Source: Candidatus Anstonellales archaeon (lineage in GTDB: Archaea; Micrarchaeota; Micrarchaeia; Anstonellales; J096). Taken from it: a stretch of 11,761 bases of DNA. This document shows, piece after piece, positions 7,454 through 11,761 of this stretch. The notes beneath the pieces are model-generated. The model did no database searches, was not told where the DNA came from, and saw only the letters and a program-made list of their open reading frames with translations. How positions within the stretch are numbered: position 1 is the stretch's first letter; every line of letters begins with the position of its first letter. The stretch is taken from contig JAVYLQ010000017.1 of assembly GCA_038740615.1 (NCBI GenBank), forward strand, positions 1-11,761, written 5' to 3'. The position numbers and the translations under genes were made by a program.

Positions 7454-7825
7454 TTATTTCTTATTCTTGTTAGAAGGTGTATGTGTAGGTTGCACTGATC
7501 CACTTTCAACAACAATGGCATTTACCTGAACAATATCATTAGTATATACATTTCCTCTAAACAGTTTTCTAGCTCTCTCTCCTTTTCTCTTAGCTCTATA
7601 TCCAACACCTCCTGATACCAATAAGTATTTCTTAACGGGACCTTCAAGATCAGGCCTCATAGGTACTCCTGAAACATCTGAACCCCCAGTTAGCTTGATC
7701 TTATAGCCTGGTAAGATTGGAGATATATCTATAATATCACCTATTCTCTTGTTAAGGAATAGATATTCTTTACCATCTACCACTATTCTATAACTCTTAC
7801 CTGCATTGCTCAGATTTAGTATCAT
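7454..7825 (-). CDS. rps6e: 30S ribosomal protein S6e
   Basis: GKSY, KRIGD, LPGYKIKLTGGSD.SGVPMRPD, GVGYR....GER.RK..RGN and IVQVN. Confidence 0.95.
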   Translation of the reverse strand: MILNLSNAGKSYRIVVDGKEYLFLNKRIGDIIDISPILPGYKIKLTGGSDVSGVPMRPDLEGPVKKYLLVSGGVGYRAKRKGERARKLFRGNVYTNDIVQVNAIVVESGSVQPTHTPSNKNKK

Positions 7826-7849
7826 GGTTTATTTTATATATTGCAAACA

Positions 7850-7855
7850 TTTAAA
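7850..7855 (-). promoter_or_regulatory. Candidate TATA box for rps6e that contains the eif2g stop codon
   Basis: TTTAAA 30-25 nt upstream of the rps6e ATG (7825). The TAA of eif2g (7853-7851) is part of the box. Confidence 0.45.
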
Positions 7856-9014
7856 TAATCTTCCCCATACCAGCAAATCTCCACCTATTCTGTAGCTTTC
7901 TGAAAATTGCAAAATTATCATCTATTGGGGTAATTGGTTTCTTCAGAACTATTGTTACCACTTTCTTAGATATGTTCTTTACAATTGCCTGAGTTGATAT
8001 TGATAGGCTATTGATGATTATATTCTCCCCTATTATTAGAGGGGGATTGTTTATATCATGTCTTGGGATTAGGTCTATCTTGGCTTTTATCTCTCGAATT
8101 GGTTGGGATAGCTGACCTGGTTTAGATATTATATTTCCAGCAAGCAAATCCTCTCTAGTTATTGAAGGATCTAGAGTTGTACCAAAAGCCACCAAACCAC
8201 TATTCCTATCAGCTACCTCTAGACTCTCATTCTCCCTGTGTATACTGGTAATTTTTGTAATTATTGGTTTATAATTTTGTAATTTTTCTATATACCTTCC
8301 AGGCGAAATCTCTATAGTATCTCCAACTCTAAACACACCATCTAGAACTGCTCCTCCAATCACACCCCCATGCATATTCTGAACATCAGTTCCAGGCCTG
8401 TTCACATCAAAACTCCTCACAGCTAAAGCTAAATCATTCACTCTAAAAGATCTAGATCGCTGTGGAATTTTAACTAATTCCTCAAGCAAATATTCTAAAT
8501 TTAATTTATAGGTAGAGGATATGGGGATGATAGGGGCGTTCTCAGCCACCGTACCTTTAACAAATTCCTTAATCTCCTGATAATTCTTCAGTGCCTGTTC
8601 TTTGCTTACTGTGTCAACTTTGGTCTGAACTATTACTATATTTTTCATACCTAAATAATTTAACATATACAAATGTTCTCTGGTCTGAGGCTGTGGGCAA
8701 GGTTCATTTGCTGCGATAACAAAGATAGCTCCATCTAATAGAGCTATCCCAGATACAGCTACAGCTAATAATGATTCATGTCCTGGAGCATCAACTATAG
8801 AGATTCCTTTAATAGGTTTAGCTCCATCCACAGGGGTATTGTAGTATTTTCCATCTTTTTCATAGATTATAAACTCTGCATGTCCTAGTCTTATGGTAAT
8901 GCCCCTCTTTATTTCTTCACTATGACGATCTGTTCTCACTCCTGTTAGCGCAGTAGTTAAAGTAGATTTACCATGATCAACATGTCCAAAAGTACCGATA
9001 TTTATGAATTCCAT
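7851..9014 (-). CDS. eif2g: Translation initiation factor 2 gamma subunit (aIF2-gamma)
   Basis: NIGTFGHVDHGKST, TDRHSEEIKRGITIRLG, DAPGHE, AANEPCPQPQTREH, RSFDVNRPG, GGVIGG and RWRFAGMG. The ORF extends to ATG 9023, but ATG 9014 fits the TATA spacing better. Confidence 0.96.
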   Translation of the reverse strand: MEFINIGTFGHVDHGKSTLTTALTGVRTDRHSEEIKRGITIRLGHAEFIIYEKDGKYYNTPVDGAKPIKGISIVDAPGHESLLAVAVSGIALLDGAIFVIAANEPCPQPQTREHLYMLNYLGMKNIVIVQTKVDTVSKEQALKNYQEIKEFVKGTVAENAPIIPISSTYKLNLEYLLEELVKIPQRSRSFRVNDLALAVRSFDVNRPGTDVQNMHGGVIGGAVLDGVFRVGDTIEISPGRYIEKLQNYKPIITKITSIHRENESLEVADRNSGLVAFGTTLDPSITREDLLAGNIISKPGQLSQPIREIKAKIDLIPRHDINNPPLIIGENIIINSLSISTQAIVKNISKKVVTIVLKKPITPIDDNFAIFRKLQNRWRFAGMGKII

Positions 9015-9036
9015 CAATTTCATAAATGATTATATA

Positions 9037-9042
9037 TTTAAA
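9037..9042. promoter_or_regulatory. Candidate bidirectional TATA box between eif2g and a small ORF at 9064
   Basis: TTTAAA starts 28 nt before ATG 9014 (minus strand) and 27 nt before ATG 9064 (plus strand). The 49-bp spacer has the same geometry as topA/cmk. Confidence 0.5.
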
Positions 9043-9063
9043 TCAATTTCTCTGTATATCAAC

Positions 9064-9198
9064 ATGGCTTTAGTTCAAAAAGATAAGGATATCATAAGCA
9101 TACTAAATCTAGAGATAAAGAAAATTCATAGATCAAACAGAGAGCTATCTACATTATTTAATCTGTTTGAAAATATCAATAAGGAACAGTTTCACTAG
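9064..9198 (+). CDS. Candidate 44-aa small protein (MALVQKDKDIISILNLEIKKIHRSNRELSTLFNLFENINKEQFH)
   Basis: Fills the only large gap in an otherwise gap-free region and has a TATA box at the local standard spacing. Its 3' end overlaps the phosphoesterase gene by 23 nt. Confidence 0.4.
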   Translation: MALVQKDKDIISILNLEIKKIHRSNRELSTLFNLFENINKEQFH

Positions 9199-9697
9199 CG
9201 ATTATTTTATTATCTTTGAATAATTCAAATTTTATAAAATTCATATTTATCTCTAAGATCCCAAATGAATAGGTCATACTGAAACTACCTGGATTGAAGA
9301 TTAATCTATTTGATTCGTTGATTAAAATAGGGATATGAGTATGACCTGAGATGAATATATTTGCATCCAGAGATTTCATCATATTAAATATTTTTTCTCT
9401 ATCACCTCTTGGCCTTATAATATCTCCATGTGTTATCAAAATTCTATTAATTCCTATATCAACTATCACAATTCTAGGTGCAATAAATTCATCTATATTT
9501 CCTTTTACCACGATATATTCTTCTGGATTAAATTCATCTATCACATCATCATAGGAGGTAAGGTCTCCAGTGAATATTATTTTGTTGGTATTGAATTCTC
9601 TAAATGATCTTAACATGTGTTCAGGAATTCTATCAATTCTATCTGGGTAATGTATATCCCCTAAAACTCCTATTCTGTCACCTGGTTGAAACCTCAT
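9176..9697 (-). CDS. Calcineurin-like metallophosphoesterase, YfcE/MJ0936/Vps29 family
   Basis: All five metal-site motifs are present (GDIH, TGDL, KGNID, THGD, SGHTH), plus NPGS. Confidence 0.9.
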   Translation of the reverse strand: MRFQPGDRIGVLGDIHYPDRIDRIPEHMLRSFREFNTNKIIFTGDLTSYDDVIDEFNPEEYIVVKGNIDEFIAPRIVIVDIGINRILITHGDIIRPRGDREKIFNMMKSLDANIFISGHTHIPILINESNRLIFNPGSFSMTYSFGILEINMNFIKFELFKDNKIIASETVPY

Positions 9698-9720
9698 ACA
9701 TTTATTGTATTCAAACAGGA

Positions 9721-9727
9721 TTTTAAA
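9721..9727. promoter_or_regulatory. Candidate bidirectional TATA box between the phosphoesterase gene and ORF 9751
   Basis: TTTAAA (9722-9727) starts 30 nt before ATG 9697 (minus strand) and 29 nt before ATG 9751 (plus strand). Confidence 0.5.
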
Positions 9728-9750
9728 TGTTTCTATATAATAATAATATT

Positions 9751-10401
9751 ATGGAGAAACAAATAGATAATGAGATCAAAATAGACGAAAGTAGGATAGC
9801 ACAGGAGATAGCACAGGAATTGAAAAACATAAATCCTAATAATGTAGATCGTGAACTTTTAAAGAAAATTTTAGGACTTCTTGAAGATAAAAATTACCCC
9901 AGTTCCTCAAATGAAAGTCAAATAAAAATAAATGATGTAAAACCATTTCAGGATAATAAAATTAATATTAATGAACTATTGTACAACGAATACCTATCTA
10001 GAATGAAAGTAGGGGGAAGTAACCTATTAGATCGTATAACAAGATTTCAAGTGTTGTTTAATTCTCTAAATATATCACATTTACTAATGGAGAAGGGTTT
10101 ACATATCGATCATGAAGCATATAAAACAACATATCATCTTGCAAAGCAGACTCTAGAGAACTGGCAAGGGTCTTTGGAGGATTTCTTCAAATTGATGTTA
10201 GGAGAGGAATTTGGAAAAATGGCCCATATGTTATACCAACGCTCGCCAAGAGTTTCCATACCTAGATATATAGCTACAATTGCATTTCTTATGAATGAAA
10301 TGCTTAAAGATGCAAATTCGCCGGAGGATGTGCTAAAGAATTTGGATAGGATGATTAAAGATCTTATGGAAGAAAAATACAAATTTGTACCTGAAATATA
10401 A
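9751..10401 (+). CDS. Hypothetical, predicted helical protein
   Basis: The ORF opens at 9727, but that ATG overlaps the TATA box, so ATG 9751 (MEKQID..., 216 aa) is preferred. No family recognised. Confidence 0.75.
   Translation: MEKQIDNEIKIDESRIAQEIAQELKNINPNNVDRELLKKILGLLEDKNYPSSSNESQIKINDVKPFQDNKININELLYNEYLSRMKVGGSNLLDRITRFQVLFNSLNISHLLMEKGLHIDHEAYKTTYHLAKQTLENWQGSLEDFFKLMLGEEFGKMAHMLYQRSPRVSIPRYIATIAFLMNEMLKDANSPEDVLKNLDRMIKDLMEEKYKFVPEI
9795..9818 (+). repeat. Perfect 12-bp tandem duplication GATAGCACAGGA x2 (IAQE-IAQE)
   Basis: Directly visible; preserves the reading frame. Confidence 0.85.
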
Positions 10402-10403
10402 AA

Positions 10404-11039
10404 CTACCTACTTATAAAAGAGTTATAATTATCTAGAATCAATTCAACAACTCTATCTAGGTTTTGTCCAGATACCTCTGCAATAAATTTATAACTCTCG
10501 ATAACTCTATCGGGCGAATCTGTTACATATGGGGAATCTGTCTCGCATAGTAAATGTGATGTATTATACTTTATAGCATGTTTTCTGACAGATGACGGTT
10601 TTGGAGGTATGGATATATACCATCCTCTATCTATTATTGTTCTGTAGTGATTTAGATTTCCGGAAAAGAAATGGAATATTACTCTTTTAAGATTATATGA
10701 AGACATTATATTTAGAATATCCTCATATGCATCTCTGCAGTGTATTTCAACAATTCCATTCATCTTCTCTGCGATTCTCAATTGATGTTCAAATACTTCT
10801 CTCTGAGCTTTTCTTTCTGAATCCTCTCTGATCCAATAATAATCCAATCCGATCTCCCCCACCCCTAATTTACCACTAATATATTGTTCTAGATCGTATT
10901 GATATTCTTTGTAATTCTGAGGAGCAATCCCAACCAGATCAGATTTATGAAAATTATTATATGAATAGGCAACTTTGATAGTTTTCACATTTCCCTGATA
11001 ATCATAATCATGGGTGTGTACATCTATTAAATCTTTCAT
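10404..11039 (-). CDS. tatD: TatD-family metal-dependent DNase/hydrolase, short form (211 aa)
   Basis: IDVHTH, VGEIGLDYY, Q..VF..QL..A, IHCRDA, FHFFSG and CETDSPY. Confidence 0.92.
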   Translation of the reverse strand: MKDLIDVHTHDYDYQGNVKTIKVAYSYNNFHKSDLVGIAPQNYKEYQYDLEQYISGKLGVGEIGLDYYWIREDSERKAQREVFEHQLRIAEKMNGIVEIHCRDAYEDILNIMSSYNLKRVIFHFFSGNLNHYRTIIDRGWYISIPPKPSSVRKHAIKYNTSHLLCETDSPYVTDSPDRVIESYKFIAEVSGQNLDRVVELILDNYNSFISR

Positions 11040-11053
11040 GCTTATATAGATAT

Positions 11054-11761
11054 ATGAACACTATTTTAAATCTAATAACCAGGAACATTCCAAAGAACAA
11101 GGAATTAGGAATAGCTTTCTCAGGAGGAATAGACAGTTCTTTACTATCAATTCTGTCTAGAATGAATGGAAATCGGGTTACACTATACACTCTAGCCTTA
11201 CATCCAAACTCCACTGATCTGGAATACAGTAGAAGATTCTCCTTGGATTTAGGATTTGATTTAGTAGAAGTAAAAGCTGATGATACAGCTATATTATTTG
11301 ATAAATGGAATCGATTAATAGGTAGGGTAAAAGCTGAGGTAATGGTTGGGGCAGAAATAGTAATAAGAGCAGTTAGAGAGAGAATTATAATATTTGGTAG
11401 TGGTAGTGAAGAGATATTCGCAGGTTATGATAGACACCTCAAATCTGAAAATCTTAAGAATCTATTGAGAGAGGAATTTGAGCAGTTGGAGCATAATGAA
11501 ATCAAGCACATTAGATCAGTTGCCAATCAATATGGTAAAGAGGCATTATTTCCCTTCTATAATCGGGAACTATTTGATTATGTAATGATGAATTATTCTG
11601 AGGAGGATCTATTAAGAGACAAGATTAGGAAAAAATGGGTACTTAGAGATGCAGCTAAAGAGCTATTGCCCAATTATATATTAGACAGACCTAAAAAGGC
11701 ATTGCAATATGGTAGTGGTATAAATAGAATCATTTCGAAGTATCTCTCTTCAGATTCTCAA
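11054..11761 (+). CDS. Stand-alone asparagine-synthase C-terminal-type (PP-loop ATP pyrophosphatase) protein; runs off the window
   Basis: Translated by hand; it is not in the ORF track because there is no stop in the window: MNTILNLITRNIPKNKELGIAFSGGIDSSLLS...IFGSGSEEIFAGYDRH...FPFYN...KKWVLRDAA...LP..I..RPKKALQYGSG. These are the AsnB synthetase-domain motifs. No glutamine amidotransferase domain precedes them. Confidence 0.85.
   Translation, partial: MNTILNLITRNIPKNKELGIAFSGGIDSSLLSILSRMNGNRVTLYTLALHPNSTDLEYSRRFSLDLGFDLVEVKADDTAILFDKWNRLIGRVKAEVMVGAEIVIRAVRERIIIFGSGSEEIFAGYDRHLKSENLKNLLREEFEQLEHNEIKHIRSVANQYGKEALFPFYNRELFDYVMMNYSEEDLLRDKIRKKWVLRDAAKELLPNYILDRPKKALQYGSGINRIISKYLSSDSQ

Noticed and set aside
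9351..9554. 67-aa plus-strand ORF
   Set aside because: Ile/Ser-rich antisense shadow of the phosphoesterase gene.
10134..10382. 82-aa minus-strand ORF
   Set aside because: Lies wholly antisense within the longer ORF 9751-10401, which has better coding composition.
11008..11214. 68-aa minus-strand ORF
   Set aside because: Antisense to the SGGIDS-containing gene starting at 11054.
1..11761. CRISPR array, rRNA, IS elements, alternative genetic code
   Set aside because: No regularly spaced repeats, no long GC-rich structured region besides the tRNA, and no transposase motifs. TAA, TAG and TGA all end conserved genes at the expected places.

Overview
AT-rich, extremely compact archaeal chromosomal segment. 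The archaeal-type eIF2-gamma, S6e, Cbf5 and tRNA-splicing endonuclease, plus strong streamlining, suggest a DPANN lineage, possibly Micrarchaeota-like (inference). It holds mostly housekeeping genes: a YchF/OBG-family GTPase, EndA, tRNA-Ser(CGA), topoisomerase IA, cmk, a cut-down Cbf5/TruB, rps6e, eif2g, a YfcE/MJ0936-type phosphoesterase, TatD and a stand-alone asparagine-synthase-type domain missed by the ORF track (11054 to window end). Five or six orphan ORFs are also present. No mobile element, CRISPR array or rRNA is visible. The most notable points are: (i) a miniature (277 aa) EndA that appears to have the three-unit epsilon (alphaN-alpha-betaC) architecture, whose stop codon shares its last base with G1 of a tRNA that seems to have a TATA box inside endA at leaderless spacing; (ii) a regular promoter layout of TTTAAA-type boxes starting 27-31 nt before start codons, including single palindromic boxes shared by divergent genes; (iii) repeated loss of Cys/zinc modules and accessory domains, and unusual substitutions in aIF2-gamma. 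All family calls come from visual motif recognition; no searches were run.
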